Under the pieces are notes generated by a model that was given only the letters and a program-made list of their open reading frames with translations, searched no databases and was not told the DNA's origin. The position numbers were made by a program, and so were the translations under genes. From Octopus bimaculoides (lineage: Eukaryota), in the NCBI RefSeq assembly GCF_001194135.2, contig NC_068982.1, positions 21,123,256 through 21,171,280 on the forward strand: a stretch of 48,025 nucleotides of DNA, read 5' to 3'. Positions 1-12,329 of this stretch are shown here, piece after piece; the first letter of the stretch is position 1; every line of letters starts with the position of its first letter.

Positions 1-37
<37 letters not shown>

Positions 38-80
38 TAGATAGATAGATAGATATATAGATAGATAGATATATAGATAT

Positions 81-124
<44 letters not shown>

Positions 125-157
125 AAAGATAGATAGACAGATAGATAGATAGATACA
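1..157. repeat. (GA)n/(GATA)n compound microsatellite
   Basis: Direct reading: agagag run followed by atag/gata units. Confidence 0.95.
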
Positions 158-2689
158 ACTACATAACATTCAAATGAATACAAACTGATGTGCATAATTT
201 GTAAAATATCGGTATTTCTGTCAAACATTATATCTAATGAAGATGAATATAGGTTGGGCTTTAATACAGGATAAGACTAATTATACGATGATCAAGTTTT
301 CCTCGCAACTGCAAAGAAGAAAATCATTCTAAGAATTATTAGAAATTATTTTGCAGTCAGTCAATGTCTCTATGTCCATACAACGTCCACGTATAATGAC
401 TTTTGTGTGTAACTGGAGTATAGTTAAAAAAAAAAAAACAATCAAAAGAACCCTCGACCTCATATGCTAGTAAAAAAAAAATACATTTCACAAGCAAATC
501 TGAGGTTATGCAACAATGTTCATACACACTCGTACATATACAGACGAAATATTTTAATACACGTACTTGTATATGTTTAAGAAAATATGCAGACATATTT
601 ATACTTGTGAAATCACTCTTCAAAAACTATGCATGCATACATACATTAATGTATATACGCGTATAAATGTATACTTGTATCTGTAAGTTTGTATGTGTTT
701 GCGCATTCATGTGAATATATATANNNNNNNNNNNNNNTATATATATATATATTCGATTAATGCAACTCTCTTCCGCCGTAATATCATAGGTTTTGCAATT
801 TATTATTCTCACTTCTAACGATTTCTCTTTCTGAATCATACGAATATATTATCGAAATAACTCTTGCGTTTTTGCATGATATCCGTTACCAATTCCATAC
901 AAAGGACTATAGTTTCCAATTATCAAAGTAATGCTTGTACTTATGATTAATTCGATATTGCGTATCATATTATTGGATACAAAAATCCACAAGTTATGAA
1001 ATATTTGATCATCAGTACAGTCAACCTGAACTGGTTTATTTCTGATCCATCAACGTATGGAAGAATACACCGGCCGAATAACTAATGAGATAAAATGATT
1101 AATCATAAATCCAAGCTTTTATTCCGAACCCAGATCTATAAGTCTTCAGACAAGTAAGAATCATGAAGCTTAACAGATGCTTTCATGAACATTGAAACCT
1201 GGTTATCTTTGCGCTTTCTGTGTTATTTCAAAGAGAATATACTAACTATTTAAGCAGACATGCTATTGCAGCTTTTCAATACTTTCTTCTGTTGCATGAA
1301 TCATACCCTATTATATTTATAAAATTGAACCTACATAAATAGCGAAGTTTCATAACATATGCTATAATGTATTTAATGTGGTTCGTTCCTGTTCTAAGTC
1401 AATGGCTTTCCTCATCCTGGAACTGCTAAAATAAGTCCTTCTAACATAGACAAATTCCACTCACCGGATATAAAATGTTCCTTTCTACCTTACCATAATT
1501 AAGGAGACTTTTTCTGAGAGCGAAAAGGAATGAAAGACCAAAACTTAAACTAGATTTAAAGTTTATGTTTCCTGTCCATATATGAATAATCCATTTAACA
1601 AATGCATAAATTGTACCCAAAACTTTCGGTTCGGCATCATAATGCTAAGGATTTTATATATTATCAGATAAGTTATAAGATTTTGACTACGAGCCAAATA
1701 TAATTATTTATTATTAGATGAATGTACGTAAAATAGATTTAATTTATAAACGTTTATGTAAACACATTCCACTACTTTTATCCATACGCACATACACGCA
1801 CACACGAACTCACCCACACAAATACATACACAAACACTTGTCATTAATGTGTACAGAAAGAAACACCTACGCTCACACACAGAGACACCCTGACACACCT
1901 CACTGTACTTGTTATGTCGTGTTGCCAGTGTTCTATTTAGATAACCTTATCTATAAAACGGAATCAAAATTAATGTCGTCAATAGGAACTTAACGAAAGT
2001 ATTCCGAGTGCAAGTTCGAAGTTAATGAAACAATATCATTATCATCTAAAAATTTATGCTTGACGATTGGAAAAAAGACAGATTACGATACGTGCATTTC
2101 TACGGGGCTCGCTTGTATATACAAATTTATTTAAATTATTCTACTATAGTTCAGACATTTAAATAGATTTCTCAAACTTTGAAATTCTTTTCTAAATTAT
2201 ACATAAATATCTTCTGATAACGTGTTTCGATCCACGGGAATATTAATATAATATAAGCTTACAATAATTCTGCTTGTCATTGCGTTACTTAGCCCGTCGG
2301 TAGCACTTTCACGTGATTAGAGAAAAAGAGGGAGAAAGAAAAGGGCGAGAGAAAGAAAACGAGGGCGGGAGAACAGGAGAGAGATTTGTCCATGGTGTGA
2401 GGAAGAAATAATGTAATTGTAATGCTTTCACGTGATTAGCTGAAGGGGAAGAGAGGGAAAAGAAAAACGGAGAGAGAAAATGAGGGTAAGGTGAAGAGTG
2501 AGGCAGAAAGAGGAAAAAACAAAGACCGAAGAAAGAAAAAGAGGGAAAGTCTGGCACCTGCAACGTGAGTTAGGTGGAACGTAATATTTATTACGTGGTT
2601 AAAAAAGTTAGTCGAAGGTAGAGGAGGAGAGTTAAAAATATAATTTTAGCAGAAGGGTGATGTTCTGATGGTGAAGTTAAATAAATTCA

Positions 2690-3430
2690 GAGAGAGAGAG
2701 AGGGGGGAAGAGAGTGAGAGAGAGGAGGGGAAAAGAGAGTGAGAGAGAGAAGGGGAAAAGAGAGTCAGAGAGAGGAGGGGAAAGAGAGTCAGAGAGAGGA
2801 GGGGAAAAGAGAGTCAGAGAGAGGAGGGAAAAAGAGAGTGAGAGGAGGGGAAAAANNNNNNNNNNNNNNNNNNNNNNNNNNNNNNNNNNNNNNNNNNNNN
2901 NNNNNNNNNNNNNNNNNNNNNNNNNNNNNNNNNNNNNNNNNNNNNNNNNNNNNNNNNNNNNNNNNNNNNNNNNNNNNNNNNNNNNNNNNNNNNNNNNNNN
3001 NNNNNNNNNNNNNNNNNNNNNNNNNNNNNNNNNNNNNNNNNNNNNNNNNNNNNNNNNNNNNNNNNNNNNNNNNNNNNNNNNNNNNNNNNNNNNNNNNNNN
3101 NNNNNNNNNNNNNNNNNNNNNNNNNNNNNNNNNNNNNNNNNNNNNNNNNNNNNNNNNNNNNNNNNNNNNNNNNNNNNNNNNNNNNNNNNNNNNNNNNNNN
3201 NNNNNNNNNNNNNNNNNNNNNNNNNNNNNNNNNNNNNNNNNNNNNNNNNNNNNNNNNNNNNNNNNNNNNNNNNNNNNNNNNNNNNNGAGGGGAAAAGAGA
3301 GTGAGAGAGAGAAGGGGAAAAGAGAGTCAGAGAGAGGAGGGGAAAGAGAGTCAGAGAGAGGAGGGGAAAAGAGAGTCAGAGAGAGGAGGGAAAAAGAGAG
3401 TGAGAGGAGGGGAAAAAAGAGTGAGAGAGA
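2690..3430. repeat. Purine-rich ~25-bp minisatellite (gagagaggaggggaaaagagagtca-like) spanning an N gap
   Basis: Repeated units on both sides of gap 2856-3287; 2726-2855 is identical to 3288-3417. Confidence 0.9.
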
Positions 3431-3479
3431 GGATGATGGTGGCAGTGGTGGTGCAGGTGGTGGTAAAGATGGTGGTGAT

Positions 3480-4090
3480 GGAGGTGGTGCTGGTGGTGAT
3501 TAGATTGCGAAAAGTGTTTTGTGTGTTGAAATTGAACTATTTTTTTTTATATCACCTATCACTTAACCCATGTGCATAAATACAATTCCGTGAAATATTC
3601 AGGTTCATTTACGTGGCAGATATATGCAATTGAACTAAAGGTTATGTGATATGTAGTCTTTTTTTCTTTTTTTTTGTTTATGGATATTCTTTTTTTGTTT
3701 TGTTTATGGGAATAACAGAAAAATAAAAGTGAATATATATTCTATGAGTGCTGTGTTTCAGTCTATAAAATTCTGCATAAAGTATAAAAATATATATATA
3801 TAATGCATTAAGTAATCATCGCATTCCATTTTTATTTATTTTCTTTTACTTTTAGCAAACATTGTATTCCAATCCCTTTCACTTTTCAATGCGTAGGAGA
3901 TGAGCGGTTGTCTTTCCGTACAGACACAACGCAGCCTACAGTTTCAGGTATTTTGGATAAAGTTTTCAGAAATAACCCAACAGGATTACCATTAACACGT
4001 GGAGTGTTCACGTGTCCTGATAGTGTAATATAGTGTATTATAATATATTCTAAGTATTGTACAGCGGGGAAACCAGATTGAGTGAGTGCT
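3480..4090 (+). repeat. Copy 1 of an unclassified paralogous segment (inverted partner at 20315-20890)
   Basis: 3548-3643 matches revcomp of 20738-20833 at 87/96; 3866-3982 matches revcomp of 20474-20590 at 90/117 without gaps. Outer limits approximate. Confidence 0.85.
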
Positions 4091-4445
4091 AGAAAACATG
4101 CAGCAGTTTCACTTTAATTTACACGGAATTATGGTTTCTACTCTAATTGTATTTTACTTAATTACACAAACATAAAACCAATCCACTACAGTAATTGCTA
4201 TGTATATTACATTGTTTCATTTATGTATTACTTAGTCCCATATGTATATTTTGATTTGCCAATATATAAAAAAAATGCAACCTCAATGCAATGTAAGATT
4301 TAATTATAAACATTGGCAAATGAAATACTTGTAATATGTCCTATAAACAGACTATATTGCCCATAAAAGCCGCGTGAAAAAAATTATAAAACAATGAAAA
4401 TATTTAGAAAGAAATATAAAAATTGGTAATTCATGACTGATAATA

Positions 4446-4636
4446 TTCTTTTCTACTCTAGGTACAAGGCCCAAAATTTTGGCGGAGGGAGCCAGTCGAT
4501 TAGATCGACCCCAGTACGCAACTAGAGCTTGATTTATCGACTCCAAAACGATAAGTCGACCTCAGCGGAATTTGAACTCAGATAAAGACATAAATAAAGC
4601 ATTTTTCCTGGCGTGCTAACGTTGCTGCCAGCTTGA
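4446..4636 (-). mobile_element. tRNA-derived SINE, family B (CORE-like centre; recalled octopus SINE)
   Basis: Contains gccagtcgattagatcgaccccagtacgcaact and gtcgacctcagcggaatttgaactcaga (B-box-like on minus); homologous copies at 29880 and 42765. Confidence 0.8.
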
Positions 4637-5152
4637 CGTGTCCATGACTGGAAATATTATCATTGTAAACATTATTTAGACGTGTATAATCTTATCAAAA
4701 TAAATCAACATTAAATGATATATTTTATAAAGTGTATGAAGAAAACCATTCAACAGCATTTTGTCTCTTTCTTCTTGCCATCCTTTATGTCTTTGTGTAT
4801 TTTTTATCATTTTGTTCTTCATTTACGAGTGTTGTAGGCCATGAAGTCCTCTTATATATGCGAAATCATTCATGACGCTACATTTGCTGCTTCATTCATA
4901 AAGATTAACATATATTTAAATCTGTAACTAGATGACATCTGGAATGCTTCAATCTGTTAACTTAATATGGTGCAGTGACGACTATTAAATTCTCTGCTCT
5001 ATAAATTTGTACTGAAAAGGAGCAGCCGTCTATCAGTACTAAAGTTATTGTGGAGGTATATATTGTATTTTCATGTAGGTGATTCACTGACAATTGATTT
5101 ATATATACATTATAAACACACACACACACACACACACACACANNNNNNNNNN

Positions 5153-5199
<47 letters not shown>

Positions 5200-5504
5200 T
5201 AATAACACAATATATGATTTTATGTGCTACTATTAGATTCATGTTCTGAGGCCATGCCAGACAGCATTTTAACAGGCCTGGTGTCGTAGCCCAATCATCA
5301 GGTACTGCTCACAAGGCATAACCAACTAAAAATAGGCACGACGATAGTTTGATAGAAAAGGCGAGAAAGAAGTAGATATAAAAGATGCAATGTTGAAAAA
5401 CGAGAAAACAAGAAACGAAAACAGAAAGAAGCAAAAGAGGGGAATTAGATTTATTTTTTACAATTCGTCAACAGGAAATTTGCCATATGCTTACAACCGC
5501 TGAA

Positions 5505-5634
5505 AATTTCGGATCTAGAATTCAGCAGCAGTTTGTTAGATAAAAACATGTAAGCTATGCACAGCTGAAAAAGCTCAGATCCTTTTTCTGATCTAAGAAC
5601 TCTAATTCTCTGCTGAATTCTAGAACCGAAAATT
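5505..5634. repeat. 130-bp element with ~24-bp inverted ends (MITE-like or foldback)
   Basis: aatttcggatctagaattcagcag (5505-5528) versus ctgctgaattctagaaccgaaaatt (5610-5634): one mismatch and one indel. Confidence 0.7.
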
Positions 5635-6320
5635 AGTGTTCGAAACCCCATAGTTAGTTGAATATTGCCCAACCACTACTCAAGCACGTTTGTATTGCAT
5701 AGATATATTTTCATCAAGTATAAACCTTTGAATCCTGTGAACTTCAACATTAACTTTCTACATTTCAGCTTGGCTTATCCATTCTTCTATAACTGCTCAG
5801 CTTGTCCCAGAATTCCAAACCCGTGTTACATACATTTTGCTAAACCTACTTTTATAACTCTGTAGTTTCATTTAACATAAATTCATATATTTCCTATTAA
5901 ATTTAAAATTTTCCCCTCTCTTTCCATGAGAAATTTTAGTATTCATTTGCTGTCCAAAATCAAGTAAATTTTCAATAGTAATTTTATAACAGTTTCCTAT
6001 TCAGGAATCGATATCATATGCATTTACATCATGATATTCGTTATATTCTAAATTTTTATTTTCCTTTTAATCACGTTTATACATGTTTACCTTAAACATT
6101 TTTTACAGTTAGTCTTGGTATTAACCTATTGTATGTATATATGTATATGTGCGCGTATCTGTGTATGTGTATGTATTATGTGTGTATACATGCATACTTA
6201 CGTATATTTATACACAATGATATCTCTGTGTATAAGTGATTTTGTGTACGTGATTGTCTTTGTATGACAATATACAGGTATGTCTCCTTGTTAATGGCAA
6301 CTAATCATAGAATACTATTG

Positions 6321-6359
<39 letters not shown>

Positions 6360-6992
6360 AAAACACGTACAAAGACATACATACATAGATATATGTATAT
6401 ATATGTTTATAGTTGTGTATATATATATATATATATATACATACATATATACGTATGTGTCTTTGTATAGTATTATGGCGTAGGTAATAGACTGTTTCTA
6501 TGTTTAAGGGAAAACAAGAAATTATTGGAACTACATTTATGGTAACGTGCTCTAAATTGTATATGTAATATCAATGGAACATTATATAAAAATTGCAATA
6601 TTATAGGACGAATATATATAAACGGCATTTGCTGTTTCGTTATTTATTGCATTTTATTGAAGATTATTTATGGTAAAGCAGGGAGTGTCTCCCTTGGTTA
6701 CCCTTATATCTTTCAATAGTGTCCATCGTTGCTATGGTATATGAATACATGACGATTTGGCAGAGTGAGGAGCACGGGTAAAAGTTGGCTCAAATATTTT
6801 GACATATGCATGCTTGCCTGTTGGCTGTTGTTTGAATGTCTAATGGGGCGATATCTTTAGGAATATGAACAGTGTACAGATTGTGCGACAGCTTGAAACT
6901 GATGCACCGTCAGTAAAGAACGTAGTCATGCCAGCGGTGATCTTTTTGATCTTAGGTCAGTGGCTCCCTTAATTATGATCCTGTTTAATTGC

Positions 6993-7047
6993 TAATTGTT
7001 GTTGACAGTTCCTAATTGATATTGACAATTCATAATTGTTGTTGACA
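6993..7047. repeat. 20-bp-period tandem repeat, 3 units (taattgttgttgaca core)
   Basis: Cores at 6993, 7013 and 7033. Confidence 0.85.
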
Positions 7048-7109
7048 CGGGTATTTGTGTGGATGTATATAATATCCTTAAAATTATTTAGCCGCTAGAG
7101 TGCGGATAT

Positions 7110-7248
7110 GGTTCTAGGTAACTTGACTCCGGTAGTTTCACTCCCGGTAATTTGATTGCCAGTCAATTCCACTCCCGGTAATTCCACTCCTTATATTAGA
7201 AGACACATTAAATAAATCGTTGAAATTCATTATTAATGTTGTTGTTAT

Positions 7249-7286
<38 letters not shown>

Positions 7287-8140
7287 GTGGTGATGATGAT
7301 GATGGTGGTGGTGGTGATGTTCTTGATGATGATGAGGATGATGAGGATGATGATGATGATGATGATGATATCTTTTCAGTTATCCACTCAGATGTTTTAG
7401 TTAAAGATCTTACAGGTTTACTCGTGATCCATCCCTCCCTAATTCGTTATTGTTGTGCAAGGGTTCCGTGATTGAAAGTGGACTGTTACATTTGCTATAA
7501 TTAACTGTCAAGTTATCAGGAATTGGTTGGCAAGCACTTCACTGAGGACCGTGTAACCTCGTGTAACAATAAGCCTCATGTATTCGTGTAAATACTTCGT
7601 TAAATTATTTATCCAACTCAGAAGGATACAAAAGATACTTAAAAAGGAAATATACATACACCATGCCTCACGTCGTTAACAGTATCCGTGGAAGGAAGAA
7701 ACTTGTGGTTGACATGAATTACGTATATGAAGCACAGAATGAATTACGTATATGAAGCACAGAACCAACATGACGATTGATCTAAGAATTTCTGGAAATG
7801 CGAAATTAAGTCCTGTCAACTAGAGTCTACACCATGGCACACAATGAAGGTTACACTATAATCAAGGACATTGGTGAACATCATCATACTTTGTGTGCTT
7901 CGAAATCGAAAGTTCACAAAACTTTGGCGGATTTAAAAGCAAAAGCAGCTGCTTCCAAGGAATTTTCTCGTTCATTAATAGCGACTGCTTGTAAAAAGCT
8001 TGATGAAAAAATTGCTCGCCTGCCCTCCTCTTCGTATGTATGTCGTAATATAAGTAACTGGCGTGAAGCAAAATCATCTCATTACTGACCTCGTCCAGCC
8101 CGTAACTACTCTGTGTACTGCCCTCGCGGCAAATTTTATG
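7110..8140 (+). mobile_element. Mutator-like (MULE) DNA transposon relic: subterminal repeats plus FLYWCH-type transposase N-terminus
   Basis: Five 14-16-bp ggtaattccactcc-like units at 7117-7190. From ATG 7663: MPHVVNSIRGRKKLVVDMNYVYE..FWKCEIKSC..RVYT..IIKDIGEHHH, matching the FLYWCH W-x-C-x4-C..H-x-H pattern, then KLDEKIARLPSSSYVCRNI. Disrupted by a 25-bp duplication (7715-7764), a stop and a frameshift. Confidence 0.75.
7250..7369. repeat. (GAT)n/(GGT)n trinucleotide microsatellite inside the MULE relic
   Basis: Direct reading; it produces the spurious poly-Asp ORF 7220-7471. Confidence 0.95.
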
Positions 8141-8173
8141 AATAAAACTAACTTGTGTGCTAAGTAAATTCTC

Positions 8174-8247
8174 CTATAGCCTCGGGCCGACCAAAGCCTT
8201 CTGAGTGGATTAGATAGACGGAAACTGAAAGAAGCCCGTCGTATGTA

Positions 8248-8291
<44 letters not shown>

Positions 8292-8566
8292 GGGGGGTTT
8301 GTGTGTGTGTGTCTGTGTCTGTGTATGTGTCTGTGTCTGTGTCTGTGTGTGTATGCTTGTGTGTCTGTGTTTGTTCCCCCAGTATCACTCGGCAACCGAT
8401 GCTGGTGTGCTTACGTCCCCGTAACTTAACGGTTCGGCAAAACAGAGCGATAGAAGAAGTACTAGGCTTACGAAGAATAAGTCCTGGGGTAGGTTTGCTC
8501 GACGAAAGGCGGTGCTCCAGCATGGCTGCAGTCAAATGACTGAAACAAGTAAAAGAGTAAAGAGTA
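8174..8566 (+). mobile_element. tRNA-derived SINE, family A (5'-truncated, internal TA/TG microsatellite)
   Basis: ctatagcctcgggccgaccaaagcc..gacggaaactgaaagaagcccgtcg..gtaacttaacggttcggcaaaa..ccagcatggctgcagtcaaatgactgaaacaagtaaaagag; same blocks recur about 10 times in the window. Confidence 0.92.
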
Positions 8567-9133
8567 TTCATTGTTTATGTGTGTGCGCGTGCGAGTATGT
8601 ATAAATTTATGTAATGGATCAGGCGTCGCATTAGGGATCACTTATCAATTCATAAAAAAAAATATGAGAAACATATATATGTGATCAAGCCTTTTACTGT
8701 CTTAGGTTCAAATTGATATTACAGTGTTACCTAAATATATATAACTTAGTATTTGATTACATAACATGTAATCTCAGTTTTCACGAGAACAGCTTAAGAA
8801 TTGTAAAATGATAGAATGCACAATAATTAACAACTCATGGCTTGTTGTTCAGATTTCATAAGAAGGTTCTTCAGATTTCATAAATATTTCTCCGTATAGA
8901 ATTGTGTCAGTTTTGTTTCAATATGTAAATGGAATAGAACTGATTTCCGCTACCTGCTTCCGTTTTAGATTAAAAAAATAATAACTTAACACTACAACGC
9001 ACTAGATACTGTTAATTCGATTGCCTTCGATTTTTATGGTGTAACATCTTGTCTACATGTTTGAAGTTAGAGTATGTAATATTGCATTTTTGGATACTGG
9101 AATTCACATTGTGTATGTATGCATGCGTGCGTG

Positions 9134-9202
<69 letters not shown>

Positions 9203-10049
9203 GAGCCTCAAGCGTGACACATCTGAGACGTCTTATAAACGAAGAAGTAACTACTAAATAGTAGGTTAATATGTTATATAATGCCAACAAGCATGCCGAT
9301 TCATTATATATTTATGAATTAATTACAAGGGACATATTTAATCTGGCTTTGAGAGTAGAATAAATTTATGGTATCGTGAAAATTGGTAAAAATTACATAG
9401 TTATTAAGTCGGCAAATTACAAGAAAATGTGACGTGATGGGAAATATTTGTTATACAATTCGAATTTAGCACAATCAACTTCATAATAATATGTACATGA
9501 GAACTATGTCTTTTGTTTCCTTAGCCATGGAATTGGTTGTACGTTCTTATCTAAGATGTTCATTAGCTTGCAGCTGGTATATATATGTTCCATTATGAGA
9601 CAGAAATAGTGCTAATGTTAATGTGCATATATATATGTATCCTAATAAAGGCCTGTAATACCTGGAAAATACCGACCAAGACCCATAACCCCTGGGAAAA
9701 GACGAGTTGTGAGCATTATTCTCCTACCTGTATTCTTCTAACTACTTTCACTCTTTATTCTTCTATTTTATTCCTTTATTCATCAATTTTATTTCTTGTA
9801 AACTGTAATTTTTTCCTCGCCTAAAATATTGTACCTTGTCTCTGATGACGGACTGCCAAGTGAGTGGATATACTGTCCTACCGCTTGGTAAATATTAAAT
9901 GATTCTGAATAACTTGATATACTTGTTCTGTCTTCGTTTTAATTTTGTCTGATACAATATAACATAATATATATTTCCATATCTTCATATTTCAATACAT
10001 CAACGCTTCTAAAAAATCAAACTTTGTTTACATATATCGTAATTCCATG

Positions 10050-10088
<39 letters not shown>

Positions 10089-10419
10089 NNNNNNNNNNNN
10101 NNNNNNNNNNNNNNNNNNNNNNNNNNNNNNNNNNNNNNNNNNNNNNNNNNNNNNNNNNNNNNNNNNNNNNNNNNNNNNNNNNNNNNNNNNNNNNNNNNNN
10201 NNNNNNNNNNNNNNNNNNNNNNNNNNNNNNNNNNNNNNNNNNNNNNNNNNNNNNNNNNNNNNNNNNNNNNNNNNNNNNNNNNNNNNNNNNNNNNNNNNNN
10301 NNNNNNNNNNNNNNNNNNNNNNNNNNNNNNNNNNNNNNNNNNNNNNNNNNNNNNNNNNNNNNNNNNNNNNNNNNNNNNNNTATATATATACAGGGAAAAA
10401 TAATTTCAAAAAGAACAAT

Positions 10420-10870
10420 TTAAACTTTTTGAGAAGTCCAGAAAGAGAGGAATGATTTCTAATAATTTCCCTACATATTTGTATTGTCCTTTGAAACGCG
10501 CGTATTTATTGAATCCTGTTTTTATTAAATCTAATTTTCATTCAACATCTTTTTCTCCTCCATTTTTCTATAATTTGTTCTGGTATATTTATACCTATAA
10601 CGATATTTTTCCGCTAGATGACAGATGTTGTGTATGTCTTTCCTTGAACGAGTTGCCCGTCATTCCGATATACGTCTTTGCTATTCCGTTGGGGTCCATG
10701 ACATTGGCCTTGTATACGATTACCTTCTCGGGACAGTTGTTGCTTAGAGGGCAGCGGTGTGGGGATTTACAACTGCATTGTGTTTCTGGCGTGATATGTA
10801 TTGTGATTGCATATTACGGACCCTATATCGGGGGGAAAAAGACAGCGGACGGGGTACGAAATATGTACTC
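10420..10870 (-). mobile_element. Penelope-like retroelement relic: Cys-rich linker plus GIY-YIG endonuclease
   Basis: Minus translation ISY..IGSVICNHN (frameshift) ETQCSCKSPHRCPLSNNCPEKVIVYKANVMDPNGIAKTYIGMTGNSFKERHTQHLSS; VY/YIG plus FK-x-R-x3-H is the PLE GIY-YIG signature (YIG at 10664-10672). Confidence 0.88.
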
Positions 10871-12329
10871 TGTATTACTGAAACATTAAACAGTATACAA
10901 TGAATAGACAACTTCCTAAACATTAGGAGTTAGATATTCTCTCCCTGCATACAAAAGCAATAGTGTACACTCAAATATTTTAAAGAAGTTCCACTATCTG
11001 TAACGGTAACGGTAATATCACCAGGAGAGCCACTTTCCTAAACGGGAAATCTGAACATACATGGCACAGAAAATCCACAGACTGAGGCAATATATTCCAA
11101 TGACGAACTACTGAAGCAAACAAGAATGAAGACATCATGCCCGGAACAAAAGCAAAATAATGCGACCAAATTGATCACACAATAATTTGTCCAATAGACA
11201 TTTCCAAGGGGACAGACATCCAGAAGATGCCACCTGGAGTAACGTCCCTTGATTTATCGATGAAATGTTTTATTCACGTAAATTCACAAGAATTTCCGCG
11301 TACTCAGCGGCGGTATCTTTTCCAAAATGGAGGTGAACATCTCTATGTGATTGGATTGAAACATTGTTAAGGCACTAAGATCTTTTCTTATTGTTCTTAA
11401 CATGAAAGCAATGATTGCCTTAATGGTAGCCATCCTCATCGATAAACATTTCGTGTATATATATATATAGGTGAGGTTGTATGCATTTGTGTGTATATAT
11501 GTGTGTGTGTGTGTGTGGATATATGTCTGTGTGTATGAATGTATATATGTACGTATACAAGTTCCGTCATTAAGCTCATTAAAGTCATCAATTATTTCTG
11601 CCATTTTGTGTATTAATGTAAACATAATCAGAAATGCTACTGCTCTTGTTCTAGAAATCTCACATCTGTAATAGTGAACAGTATGAAAGGTGTTATACTT
11701 CTAAATATTTTATAATGGAATTTCTTACCATATATTTTGGAAATATGTGTATATACCATCTGATATATGCTTGGAGGTAGAATTGCCAATTTCTAATGGA
11801 GAGAGAGATAGAATGAAGAAGTGAGTCAAAAGAAGCTATGATGAAGTTGAAGGGGTGCTTATCTAGATTAAGTGTCGTACGTCTATTTATGACACGTTGT
11901 TTATTGGAATAGCTATAGAGACTGCATGAGCTGTAGGAGATGCTTCATATCAATAAAGAAAACTCCATGGAAGTTTTGCATTTTACTTATGACGTTATAA
12001 TAAATCTAAACGTATAAAAAATTTACTTCGTATATATTCATAATTATATATATACATACACATAGATATATGAGATATTTTACATATATTTACACATGAA
12101 TGAATACATATATATATATGTATATTGAATGTAAAATGTTGTTCAAAACTATGAAGCGGGAGCACTGTCCGTTTTTTTTTCTGGAATAGAAGACATTGCA
12201 ATATTCAAATTTCATCAAAACCAAAAATAAATTAGATAATAATTAAAGAAGAATCATATAGAGCCAGAAAACACGTGTTGAAAACAATAACACCAGATTG
12301 AATAATGTTGCAAAAAAGATGCGAACAGG

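Noticed and set aside
7117-7190. Short regularly spaced repeats as a CRISPR-like array
   Set aside because: Units are adjacent with no unique spacers, the DNA is eukaryotic and there are no cas genes; better explained as MULE subterminal repeats.
7220-7471. Poly-Asp ORF
   Set aside because: Product of the (GAT)n tract inside the MULE relic.
10452-10889. 145-aa plus-strand ORF (likewise 46345-46776 and 12510-13288)
   Set aside because: Antisense shadows of the PLE, mariner and Tc3-like coding sequences.
11050-11160. Minus-strand VVRHWNILPQSV, resembling the WN-x-LP tail of CR1/L2 ORF2
   Set aside because: Single short motif with no supporting upstream RT motifs.
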